64,000 bases of DNA from Lytechinus pictus. Taxonomy: Eukaryota. A program made the position numbers and the translations under genes. This document shows positions 36,501 through 49,900 of this stretch, in pieces (positions within the stretch are counted from its first letter, which is position 1; each line of letters begins with the position of its first letter). Location of the stretch: the NCBI RefSeq assembly GCF_037042905.1, contig NC_087245.1:15316001-15380000 (forward strand), read 5' to 3'. Below the pieces are notes generated by a model that was not told where the DNA came from, searched no databases, and worked only from the letters and a program-made list of their open reading frames with translations.

Positions 36501-39500
36501 ATATTTGAGTTCAGTCTGCATTTGGAGGAAATAATAGTAAAGTAGCAATTTATAAATGGAAAAGATAATCAGATTCTTGAGTATGTATAATAGGTATCAA
36601 TTGATGAGTCTGTTAGTAGAAACATGCATAATTTTGCACTAAACAAAAATCGGAAGATTAATACAAAAACAGTAGAAGGAAAAGAAAGGGGATATTAAGC
36701 ATTAAAAAATACAAACTACTTCGTGCTTATATTCATTTGGATGTTATTACTAAATTGATATTTGCACCCAATTGAACCTTTCATCTCGTCACTTTAATTC
36801 AATTCGTGTTAATAATACAGAAAGAGTTGTAATCAAACACGCAATCATATAAACTTGACTTTCAGTCAATCAGAAATGGGCATATCATGGCTTTTCGTAG
36901 ATTTGCATTGGTTTCATTTAGTTAGGTTTATTACTAAACTATTTCTGCATCTTGATAGGAAAAAATGCAGAGATGGGATAAGGAAGACTATGAACTGGTA
37001 AATAACTTACAGCAATTTTGCCGTTCGTCTGCATAATCACCACAGTCGTTAAAGCCATCGCACATGAATACTTCTGTGATATTCTTTCCATTCGGACAAG
37101 TAAAGACTGTAAAAAAATAATTAATATTTTATCAATTCAAACGCTGTTATTTCTAATATAAATCAGTTACTTTTATAAACACATCTATTATTTGTCTTAC
37201 GCTCATAGCATGCGTTATCAAGGTTAAAATGATAAAACAATTTGTGTGAGTAGGCCTATCCATAATAATGTATCAGGCCTATACAGCTGGTAGATGCAAC
37301 AGTTTTTTTTGGATCGATTCATACTCCTAATGGAATGATTGGTCGAGAACCTACATCACGTGACCATGCAATAATTTTTATCTACCACACGGTTTTACTT
37401 ATGACGTATATCTGCAATGACCGGTGGTAGCAAAGAGTCATTAGTTCCTAATCCAGAGTCATATCATCTATGAAATGATAAAACCTGTTTAATATTCAAG
37501 TAGCACATCATTGACAAAAATTTTTGTTGATGAAATTACCCATAATCGTTAAAAATACCCTTGACCAATTTCACAGGTGCTACAAACTTAGCGTCTGTGA
37601 GCAGTAGCACGCTCATGCCCTCATTTAGGAGTATTATTAATGTACTATTTACCACAGTATGCCTCATCGTCTGAACATCCCTGAGGACCATTGCAGATAT
37701 ACTGACGAGAGAGACAACGACCGTCTGAACACTTGTAGTACGATAGTGGAGGGTAGCAGGCTAGAAATGGTTGGAAGAAATTGAAAAGTACGATCTAATA
37801 GCAGAACATTATGAAAAAAAAGAAAATCCATATTTCATTGTTCGAAATGGACATAGAATGAAATACTCCGAAAATTTGCTTTGCCCAATTGATCGTGGGC
37901 TCGGCAGCCGCTGTTCAGCGCCAGATCGACAAGGCTCTATCCCTTTAATCGTTGAACGCCAAACAGGATAGCAGCAACTCCCTTCTTTTAACGTCTTTTG
38001 GTCTGACGCGGCCGAGGTTTGAACCCCCGACCTCCCGGTTGTGAGACGGACGCTCTACCAACTGAGCCAACACACCGGTATATGCAATGATATGTGACAA
38101 ATAATTGAACTGCAGGTACTATTTTAAAGGCCATGCAGAATAAACAAACATCTGCAGAACAACCCCCCCCCAAAAAAATATAATTTCCTTCCATACGACC
38201 CGTCTTGTGAAGCTATGGGAAACTTTAAATTTACACCAACTTTCCGATTTTTAAAATTTCTATTTTGATATCGCCAGTTTTATTATTCGCAATTTATTCA
38301 TGTCTATTTCTTGTTGAGCTGGACTTGGCATATTGAGTTTTAAATTTTGAATATGCAGCTCATTTATTTTGAATTCATTTGAACACCACATTAAATGCAA
38401 TAGGAACAACTACATGACATGTATTTGTTACGGAATAAAAAAAATACACATTCGTAATTTGTGTTTCTTGTGTAGCATCGTTATCTAAAACTCATTTTTT
38501 ATGTGAATCTATGCCAGGTTCAAGTCTGTTTTGACTCTTGCTTTGCAAAAAATGACTGTTTCCTTGCATTTTTTGCACAATGAGTCAATGAGAAAGGAAA
38601 CTATTGCCTTCTCGCAAATAGCTAGTACTGAATCTGCTGATAAATGTTGTATTTATACCGGCACTCTGTTACGCCGGCATTAGTTACACAATGTATCACG
38701 CACTGTGTTCGTAGTGTGTAACACAATGTGAAATCATCTTCTTTCACAATTTGGTTGTAAAATCGGAGCGGGACCAGAGTTATCCGCATTATTCTGATGC
38801 TGCAATTATCCGCACAATAGCAGCATCGGGACCAGATTTTGACTTCGTGAACGCATTTCCAAAGTAATGCGGATAATTGCCATGGTGCGGTCACAAAAGG
38901 TCACCCTTTTCCAACACAACCCCATCGGAGGGGGCGTGTGCAGTTGCCATGACAATTATCCGCCTTTTTCAGGTCGGGCGCTCGTAAAAAAATAGTGCGT
39001 ATTATTTTCGGAGTTTGTGAATGCAATTTTTATTGAATTATCCGCATTACTCTTAGGCGGATAATTGGAGGATGGGTTTGTGAAAGGGGTATATTTACAG
39101 TTTTTAATTGGAGTATTTTTATTTTAAATAATAGTAGTTAGAATTACATATACACGATACTGTGTGAACACTGTGGGAAGTCTACTGAGCAAACACAATG
39201 CGAACACACAAAGTGGCACAGTGTATTACCGGCAGGCATGGCTACCCATAGGTAAACCACAGACCATGGTATAGGTTAGATCGGTGTTAAGTATACTGAA
39301 AGACAGGCCTACCTACCACAACCTATCTCATCCGTTCCACTAGGACACTTTAAGTGGCCATCACATTGCTCTTCCTCTGAGTAACACTCTAAGGCGTATC
39401 GACAAGGTTCCGTATTTGGTGGACATTCGAAGTCAACTGAAAAAAATAAGAGGACGTGGTGAGGGTGTGTGAGATGGGTGTCATAAGATGTGTATTAACC

Positions 39501-40017
39501 TTTAAAGTCACGATCGGTAAATATCATCAGGAAGTAGAAAATTCCCTTTTTAAAACATTTTCATTCATTAAAAAAGCTGTTTAAACGATGAAAGAAGGGG
39601 ACATAAAGACATATCATAGAGATAGATAGAGTGAGTCAGAAAAAATGTCCATTAATTGTTAACTTGTCTTGTCTGAAATGTGGACAATTGATTATTAATT
39701 TATTGATATATCCTGATATAGTTATTCTCCCCGCATATTTTGGTATCATTTTTTTGCATCTTGACTACGAGACATTTCCTATGTATCATCTGTACTTTAT
39801 TATTTTAAAAATGTGATGTAACATGAACACAAAAATTTAACGATTACTTCTAGCCTGTACAAGGTTACTAGCAACTTCACTTGCATTTATATTTCTGTTT
39901 AAAAGGAAAAAGAAAGACGGTATACAGACGAAAGAAGAGGAAATATACAAGCTACAGTACACCATTGAGGAACATTTAAGTAAAAACTTAAATAAAAAAT
40001 ATAAAAAAAAGTTTCAC

Positions 40018-40053
<36 letters not shown>

Positions 40054-42291
40054 GACACCGGAGGGGGGGGGGCACTTGCATTGACGAGTGGATACCATGC
40101 GCGACCCCAAAAGCACGTAAAAAGGATGAATTTTTCAAGATAGGGCACGTTACGTACGTAACGTAATAAGGGTGTCAAAAACACTAAAATATTGAACAAA
40201 GCGTATCTAATTCGTTAGGAAAGCTACGTGTTTAGGGTCAAATTTGCGAGGGTATAACAAAGACTAAAATGTTTTTAAAAAGGATGTACTTTCAACACCA
40301 CGTGTAAGAGTCCGATTTGCGCGAGGTGTGGAAGGTGGGCCGTACTAAACCCAATGATGTAGGTAAAGGTCAAATCGACGACCGAAGTCCGTGACATATA
40401 AAAATTAAAGTATCGCTGTACTTGTTTCGGGGTTCAATTAAGAGAATACTTGCTAAGGGTATTCTTTTGTTTCCAATACTTGTTAAGGGTAGAGTTTCAC
40501 ACGCCAATACTTGTTAAGGGGTGCATTTTTAGAATATGGAAAATACTTGTTTAGGGTGCTTTTCGAGATCCCATGATCGCGCATGGTATCCACTCGTCAA
40601 TGGAAGTGCCCCCGGGTTTGACACACAACAACTAATTACCCATTTCATTCTTGACCACAGTCATTTTCGCCTCAAAACCACCATAATTAACATCAGCAAA
40701 GCTCCATGAACGTATCCATAATCCTGGTCCGGCACTCATTACGTCGGGAGGAAAGTCGTAGCCAGTAAATCTGGCAATGAACGTTCCAACGACGTCGGGC
40801 TCGGTCTCGCTTCCGAGATAGAGGTACTCCACCTCTGCAATTTGAAGTAGAAAGTGGTTATATCAGTGGGGTTTACTAATGAACCAGAAAACTTTAGAGG
40901 ACACATCATGGCATGTTTGACAAAATTTGAGCAAACGAAGCAATCATGCAAAGATTTTGACCTTTTTAATATTTGTAAAATCAAAATCTACGTTTGAAAA
41001 ATAGTTTTAACAGGATGTTCAGAAAATAACATCATAGCCTTTTCCTTTCCCCTTATTATTCTTGGTCGGGGATGTTTTTGGCCATGGCCTTCCAAGCTCC
41101 TAATCCTTCTGTGCGCCAGTGGGTTATGTTAAATCTATTTCTAATAATAATCTTAAAGGCAGTCCATGAACACGACTTTATCACAAATTGCCTTGCTATG
41201 CTTTCAAAATATGCATGTTAGTCATTCAATATTCCTTTCCGTAATTTGTGCAATTTCGCAATTTGTGTAAGTACAAATGATCTTACATTAAACACCAGTA
41301 TACGCACCCGCACACACACACGCTCACACGGACCCACATTTTTATCTCCTGAACAATACGATTTTGAACATACGCGCGCACACACACACCCACCCACCAA
41401 CTCTCCCCCACACACCCCTCGCACATTCATTAACAACGTCTCCCGCTACTCAAAAATACAACTTAAGAAGACTTTCTAAAGTTCTTACCGTCTTCCAATT
41501 TGAATTCAGAAAATGAGATTATAATCCTGCATCCCTCCGGTGCTATGAACACACGGCTTATCCCGTTTGGAAGCTCCACCTCCTCTGGATAGCATGGCGA
41601 TGTAACATTCATGACGTCACCTTCTTTAAGGTAAATATATTCTGCATAGAAACGAAATATGTATATATATTGATTAAATTAGTTTGATATTTTTCGATTT
41701 TCTCCATCTAGCGGTTGCTTACATGACATAGTAACCCTAAAGAATTAAAACCCGACCCTTTGATCACATCTATGACCAATTATCAAATCCTGGATGCTTT
41801 ATAAGGATACATAAAACTATCAATCATGACAAACTTAGACCCTGGATCTGGGTGCTTAATTATATAACACTTGCTATGATTACGGCATTACATTAACCGT
41901 TACAAATTACTGAATACATGACCATTGATATCCGCTGTTCATTCTTCAGTATTTTTCTTCCAGGTCCAATCCGATCTCTCATACATATACACACTCCCAT
42001 TTACTTCCACACACGTTCACACACACTCGTACAAACGCTGCGTAGACGTTTTATTATTATAAGTCAATGTCATCAGCATAGTCTATAATCTCACCATCTT
42101 CTTTTGGAAGTCTGCAGCTTGGAATATCTGAAAAGAAAATTGAAAAGAACAAATACTTGATGGAAAGAAAAATGAGTATCACATCAGTACTGACTTACAG
42201 TGTTCAACCGGTCTTTCATTCATTATTACCTAGAGTCTAGCTTTATAAAGTTCATTGTGTCAAATTACACGATTGAGTTAAATAAATTCTC

Positions 42292-42322
<31 letters not shown>

Positions 42323-45300
42323 TACATGTATATATCTTACCTTTGATTTCGTTGTTTTGTTGTATCGAAACTATAAATGGAAAATGGAAGAAAAAATAAG
42401 AAAAATAATCATATATATAGACTATTGTAGTTACGCGTAGAGCATTAGATCTGATGAAATATTTACGCGTTTAAGAGTAACATGAGAGTTGTTATAATAA
42501 GATAGTCACCAAATTCCATTTACCATTTATATTATCATCGTCGTCACCACTACCACCACCACCACGTGTGCAACCATCACGATTACCACTTTAACATTAA
42601 TACTGTTATCGTACTCATCATCTAATCATAGTCGCTACAGTAAACATAAACGTCATTATAACAATTATCACCGTCATCATCATCATCATCATCATTACTA
42701 AACCCCTCTTAATCCTACCTTCTTGAATAGTGAGTGAGTTTAAATCCACCTTGATTCCTGCTTCGGCCCCTGCCTCCGTAGCGTGTTGATGAATCGTCTG
42801 TCAAAACAGATTACAGTCAAAGAAAAGCTAATTATGAATATTACTCGCTTAATTGTTGTGCTTTTAAATTTGAAGAATTTGGAAAGACAAAAAATATATA
42901 GCGTTCATTATCCATCAGAAAATATGGATTTGCTTACGAGAAAGTAAACAGGGATCAACAGCTTAACATCATGTCCAAAGGGCATCCTTACTATTAATAC
43001 ATACTTATTTCGAACTCTTAATCTCTGCATAACATAAATGTAATTAGACTTCATTATTATTTAAGCATCGGCATATATTAATATCAGGAAACTTTAAGTA
43101 AATTATTGACTTTTGACATACATATATTATAGATATTTTATATGTGAAAATACATAGAATACACATTTCTGAGGTTCCAATGATTTTAGATTCATTTAAT
43201 TGTTCAGTGATTTTTTTTCAGATCGTGATATCTCGGTAAGGTAATAAGCGATATCAATTTCTAAATAAAAAAGTGATAAATGGGGTCATTTTGTATAATA
43301 CGTAAAAGTGCATCAACACAATCAAAAAGTTTATTTTTCATTGGGATATAAATCATGTAAATCATCACCATAACAAAAAGCGGGTTTTGAAAGAGATACA
43401 AATAAAGAGCCCGGATAATAAGAACAAGAACGGGACGCTGTATAGTCCAGTATGGTCTTTAGAGTTTCGCTTTGAGATCTGCCGCTTAAGCAATCAAATA
43501 GAAAAAAAAGGCTATATAACTTACCATGTTAATGATATGTCTTATATGGTCTTTGGTCTTGATGAGATTATGTGAAGTGAATGGAAGAGCAATGAATTTA
43601 CGCGGAATGTCTGTCAGAATTATCCTGAAGATAACAATCACACTACCTGACCTAAAAAGAAAAAAAAAACATAATGAAATAATAGTGAAAATATCACATC
43701 ACTCCTCAATACCCATTTCCCAAATAAAGTCAGAAGAACAATAATCAAGTAATCAAAATGGGGGATAAGTGGCAGAGCGGTCGCCCTATGAACAGGAGTT
43801 TGTGGGTTCGATTCCCAACAGAGTCATACTAAACATAAAAATAGGACTTTCTACCTTCTTGCAAGGCCCTCAGTATGGACATAGATTGGAGAAGGGTAAT
43901 AATAACGTATGATTTAATACAGGGCCCGCTGGTAGAATTTTTTTAACTGAAGTAGCTACCTTGGGTAAATAAAACGTTATTAAATATTAATGAATTATTT
44001 AAGCACAACTTTGGTCACCGAAATCTCAATAGTCGATAAATCGTAATTATTTCACAGCGGTTCAGAAAATTATAGAATGGAATTCTTCGAGTAGCTGAGG
44101 AAATCCCTCTTTAAATGCCAAGAAGTGTAAAAGGAATTGCATGAGCTTTTATGATAAACCAATGTAATCAATAAGAAAAGAAAACACAATGGCCCGAATT
44201 CACAAAGGTGGACTAAAGTTATACCGGAGTATAAAACGCGTCATTTGACGTCTTTTAATCCATGGACTAAAGTTAACACCGGGGTATAACTCAGCCATGG
44301 GTTAAATTTAACCCCGGGTGCTAAAGCTAACACATGGCTTAGTTAGTCCATCGTTTGTGAATAGCACGATGGACTACTTTATACCCGGGTATTATTTAAC
44401 CCATGGCTAAAGTTAACCCCGGTATAACTTTAGTCCACCTTTGTGAATTCGGGCCATTGATTTTAACAATCAAACTTAGATATAATTTCAAATGGGCAGT
44501 CATGACAAAAATATGTGGTTGTCGACAGAGAAAAAAAGGTGTTATGTCCCTTTGACATCGCAACAAGACAAAAGGTCACGTTGCAACCCTCGGCATCGTC
44601 TTAAGATATTCCTCATCATTGCGTTATTTTTTAAATATACGTCTATAAATGATATTATTTTTTAAAATATCAAAAATAATTATCGAAGAATTATCTTACC
44701 GAAAGCTTTCAATTTGCGTTGAATTGTAACTGCTTGCAAGATCACTGTCCAAAAATATAATATCCATCTACGGGTACAATCAATGAAAGATCAATGTGAA
44801 GGTACATTGTTTTAATGGCCAATAGAAATCGATATGAATGGGTAATACATGTGATCAGGGGCGGCATCATGATATTTTTGATAGGTTAGGCAACACGACC
44901 TAAGCGTTGTGTCGTTTTCCTGAATTGATAGATATAGCTAAATAGAGAATTAATCGCTTGCTAATTTGCCAATTTCGAAATCGTAGAAAAGGGTGTAAAA
45001 TTTATCAATAAACTTCATCAGGTCGTATTTGGACACTAAAATTATAATCTAATATTATACACCCTTTAAACGATATTATCATTTTTGTATGTGTATATTT
45101 GATTTATTAATCGTAGAAAAGAATCTATAATAGGCAAACGTAGATATCTACTTAAAGATGTAGTTCGTCGATGACGTCACAATTTTGAACTAACCCCGCG
45201 AAAATTGCAATCTCCTTCCAGAGACTGCAAACCTAAAGAATCCCAACTTTGAAGAGGTGGTACTCCTGTACTCCATACTGGGAAGTCATATTGGGGGATC

Positions 45301-46935
45301 CATTAAGTGGATTCATTTCGGTTGTTCTGTATTTATCATTGATGTTATGTCGTACTGGAGTTTCGGTTTAATTTTCATTTAATTTATTACATTAATGTTG
45401 ATTTAAAAACAATTTCCGATGTTGCCTGCAGGCCCATGGTTAATGTTTTGGTCTTCTATGATCTCAAAGCATGTATTTTTTTCATAAAGTAGTTTATACA
45501 TTCGGTCTGTTTTAAATCTCATTTCTATCTCGAGATGCAGTGAAGCATCCCTCTGCCCCTGGATTTTTTTTGCGCATGTCTGGTCGCTTATTGTTTACTC
45601 CATATTTCCACATTGCTAGCCCCACCGACCTACAAAATATGGATCTGCTGATAAAATGAAAAATAGTTTTCGTACGATCCGGTATTTCCTTTTCAGAGCA
45701 TGAGTTTATTCCCTACTTTATGTTTCTCATAATTATGTAGAAAAATATTTTTATATGTCATTTATTGCCTGCAGTCATCAGAGAGCGATTGGCGCCCTCG
45801 CACTGTGAATAGGTTTAGGTCATTAAATCAAAAGGTGGCGTGCGGCATATGGCTGCCCTCTCATAAATAGTGCAACATGATCACCGTGATACAATCCAGG
45901 GTCTGACATTGTCTGAGGTAGTTTGATTAATCAGCTGTGTCCGCGAGCCCCTGGTAAGATGAAGAAGAAGCAACTGGAGAAAGATATAGAGCATGGCTAT
46001 CTTCATACACCGAACCATGGAGGAATGCTGGAAGAATACAGTCTATAAAACACAAGACCACTGAAATATAGCTATGGACCCCCACAGAACAAACTAACGC
46101 AATCTGCATTCGACAGAAGTAGCTGGTCTTTAGTGTAAGAGCATGATATAAAAATGAGCTTTATTTTTCTTGAAAGCATTTTTCATTTTACGGTTATTGA
46201 TTAAAGCTGTTCTGAAACTTTTGCGTCAAAATCCCATGGCTGATAAACGTTAAAATGTTAAAACAATAGGCGTGCAGATTCGATCGCTATTTGCTTGATG
46301 TTAAGATTATAAGCATCTTTAAGGTTAGGAACACATTTCATTTGTGATAATGGAGAGTCTTCCGATTGTGTGGCATAATTCATAACGCTTGCTCTTGTTT
46401 TTATTTTATAATGGAAAGGGATTCTGGGTAACTCTTTCGTGATATGATTAAGAAAAAAGATGCCTTGTAAAAGCAGTCCTTACGTTTTTACTTGCACCAT
46501 GTACTGTTACATGCATGTCACCCGTGCGACACACACTCCACACTCTAAAAAATATTGGGTAAAAATGCTCCATGAGGGTAATGTGTAATGGTAATGGTAA
46601 TGTGTCCAACCAACATTTGGCATTTCTTTTGAGCATTTTTATTTATCCAGTGTGATGAAAATTTTGCCCATTCTAAAGTAATTGCTGCCTATTTTTAACC
46701 TTACTGGACAATATGCTTCCCACATTTGGTAAAATACTGCCCCAAATTGGTTGGACACATAATTACCCTCCTGCTGGCAAAATTTACCCAATATTTTTTT
46801 ACAGTGCACCAAGTTCTGAAAAAAAGATCTTCTAGATTGAAGGAAACAGACGAAACGTAAAACGAAGAAAAAAGGAACCCCACATGAACACTCATACTCT
46901 CATAAACACACACGCACACCGCACCCACACATACC

Positions 46936-46979
<44 letters not shown>

Positions 46980-49900
46980 CCTTCCCTCTCTTCCTAACAA
47001 GAATAGTTCCACCTGTCTGGATGGGACAATATACTTACCATTAATTTGAAGGCAGACTCCAACTCCTCATACTCAACTGAATGGCTCTCATTGAGTTCGG
47101 GAGTAAAATTTCTATTGAAAATCCGAAGAGAGCCATGTGCTGAGACACTGACTGTGACAAAAAAAAACATTGTATATGTCGATGTAATAAATCATTCGAT
47201 TCAATTAGATTTCATTTCCACCATCATATCCGCGTTAAAAAATCTCTGGGAACAAAATAAACATATCATCAATTATAAAGTGTTTGAGATAATGTTTCTA
47301 TCCTTAATGTATTGCGATCCGTAAATTATGTCCATCCCTCTGTAATGATATCCAGCCTTACAGAAAGTGCGGGAGGAGTCACCTTGAAAGAGCAGACTAG
47401 GTTAAATGTTCTTATTTGGAACTTTGAAATTTACTGTACATTGATATTAATGGCATTAGTGGTAGTGGTGATGTTGGACAAGGTAGTAGTGTACAAGAAG
47501 ATGAAGAAGAAGAAGGAGAAGAAGAAGAAGAAGGAGAAGAAAAAGAAGAAGAAGGAGGAGGAGAAGAAGAAGAAGAAGAAGGAGGAGGAGGAGGAGAAGA
47601 AGAAGTAGTTATTTTTTACTTGAATTGCCGAAAATATTGCACTTTAAAAATGCGTTTGATTTCGTACAGAAGAAAAACTCTGAAGAAAAAATGGCCTCCA
47701 TCAGTATGAAGAAAATAAAACCAAATAATTGTTATCAATTAAGTATCGCCTATATTAAAAAAAAAACAATTAGCTTTTGTTATGTAAAACAACTAGAGGT
47801 TCCCCAAAAAATTCTTATCCACAAATCTCTCACATTCCCACTCTCCTATTGATGATCGTTCATATTTTATTTACTTTCAAAAAGGTTTAAGTGGAATAAT
47901 AATCATTACAATCGATTAAGCGGTCGTGGTCTGTGATATTTGTCAATAATATCTGATCCTCTGTTCTACCCCGATGAACAGTAATGTCATTAAAGAATAT
48001 GTAAGCGGCCTGTTTGATTCATATTCTTTTTTTAATTACAGTGATAACCGGACGATTAATCTTAGCAGTTTATTGTGTTTAGCATTTTTATTGATTTCCG
48101 CACCATTCATCCAATTTTTATAGCATCGGAGAGTCCGTATTTCTATGACAAAAAGAAATGTGTGTTCATACCACATAATGAAAATGTCCGACACAGAAAC
48201 AGGAGAAGCTATTTTATGTCAGATTGGTAGTAAGTCTTGATATGTTTGTAACTAATATTAGGTAGATAAAGTTCATGCAATGACTGATGTAATTTATTAA
48301 TCACAATTTTATTAAAACATTATATAAAAACAATAATTGATTAGAAAAGGGAAGAAATGACAAGAGTATGAAAGAAAGAAACGGAGGTAGAAATAGAGAA
48401 ATAGTAATAATAATAATGATAATGATATACAAAATTTATAAACCGCTTTATACAAAAGAAAATAAATTAGAAATGAATATACAAGGTATCTAGGGAAAAG
48501 AACGGCGAATAATACGAAAGGGTGAGCATCGTAAGTGAGAAAGAAAGAGAGATAGAGAAACAAGAATCAGAGGTGGAGAGATAAAGAAAGAAAGGGAAAG
48601 TTCGAAGAGATAAAAAATGGATATGGAAGACAGAATAAGACAAGGGGATAAGAAAGAAGGACTGAGTTAGAGAGAAACAATAAACAGTAGGAATTAAAAG
48701 AGCAAGGACGGGGGCAGGAAGGAAGGGGAAGTGAGTGAGGGAATGAATAGACATGAGAAGAGAACTAAACACTTGACACGAAAAAACAAATGAAATAGAT
48801 GAATCATATAACCGTCTTTCGAAGAAAATGGAAGAAGTGAATGCAGAAATCCTTACCTATGTCGTTATATTGTGAATCTGAGGATCTACCTAAAATGAAA
48901 AAAGAAAAATTTCAAAATGTTAGCCTCAGTTAAAAAAAACTCAGACATTACCTAACAAGGTAGACTTAAAAATCAAATTGACAATTAGAGCTGACGAACT
49001 AAGGGGATTAGGCCCTAAATATCACTAAAATTGTGTAATAAGACACTATTTAAAAAATGTTTAATCCAAATTAATGTCTGAGGGATTCTTAATTTGCCAT
49101 TCGCAAAAACGGAGATCGTGACTTATAGTATCCATAGTGAAATGGTCATTTCCGATTGAAACCGAAATATTGTGTCAAACAAAATAAACACCTCCACCCC
49201 CAAATTATGCCAAGCTCAACGATACTCCTTTCATATATTTCGAGAAGTCCTGTCAAATATTTATATATCTCTTCTGTTCATGGTGTGATTTTGACTATTG
49301 CTGTGTATATGTATTACTACAAAAGCCGTCGGCACCTGTGATGTCATTATGACGTTCATGGTAATAACTTAGAAAGGTCACTTTTTCAATTTTGAATACA
49401 CGAACGTGCTTGTGGCTTGATATCAGTTTGTTGAGTGCAATGTTTTGAGTAAATCGAATAAATCTCCAAACATCAACAATTTTTTATTCAAGTAAATATC
49501 AAAAGTGCTATGCAAAAGTTCCATGGGACGAAGCCCTAAATCCCTTTTTCTATAATTTCTGGAAAGAAATATATTTTTTTTGTATATAGTTATGACAACG
49601 GAATCTGCAATCGAAAATTTAGATTTTGATTATAGGATTTCACTATTAATTTCATATTATTATTTACCTGCCTAAATATTGAAAAGTTATGGCAGGCTAT
49701 TATTTTGCTAAAACTGTAATTAAATTTTACTACATACAATATGTAAGGGAAAGGCCCACAATCACTAGCGTACCTACGGGGGGGGGGCAGAGGGGGCAGA
49801 CTGCCCCCCTGACGAGTCACAACCCATGCAAGGGACATAGCCCTGCCCCCCTGACGAGTCTTGAAGACCTTTTTTTTTTGCTTGTCAAATTTTTTGGCGG

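Noticed and set aside
38005..38077. tRNA genes at the SINE heads (also about 28120-28187, 27310-27370, 43765-43815)
   Set aside because: A/B boxes run straight into shared SINE bodies and no clean acceptor stem was seen, so these are SINE heads rather than tRNAs.
45914..45935. let-7-like start TGAGGTAGT
   Set aside because: Only the first 9 nt match, and no complementary star arm was found nearby.
47312..47608. Lys/Glu-rich ORF (also 20265-20483)
   Set aside because: Translation of purine-rich simple or low-complexity sequence; no splice or domain support.
49808..49875. CTGACGAGTC...GAC hammerhead-like words
   Set aside because: Stem II is followed by CTTTT, not GAAA; part of hAT-MITE internal repeats.
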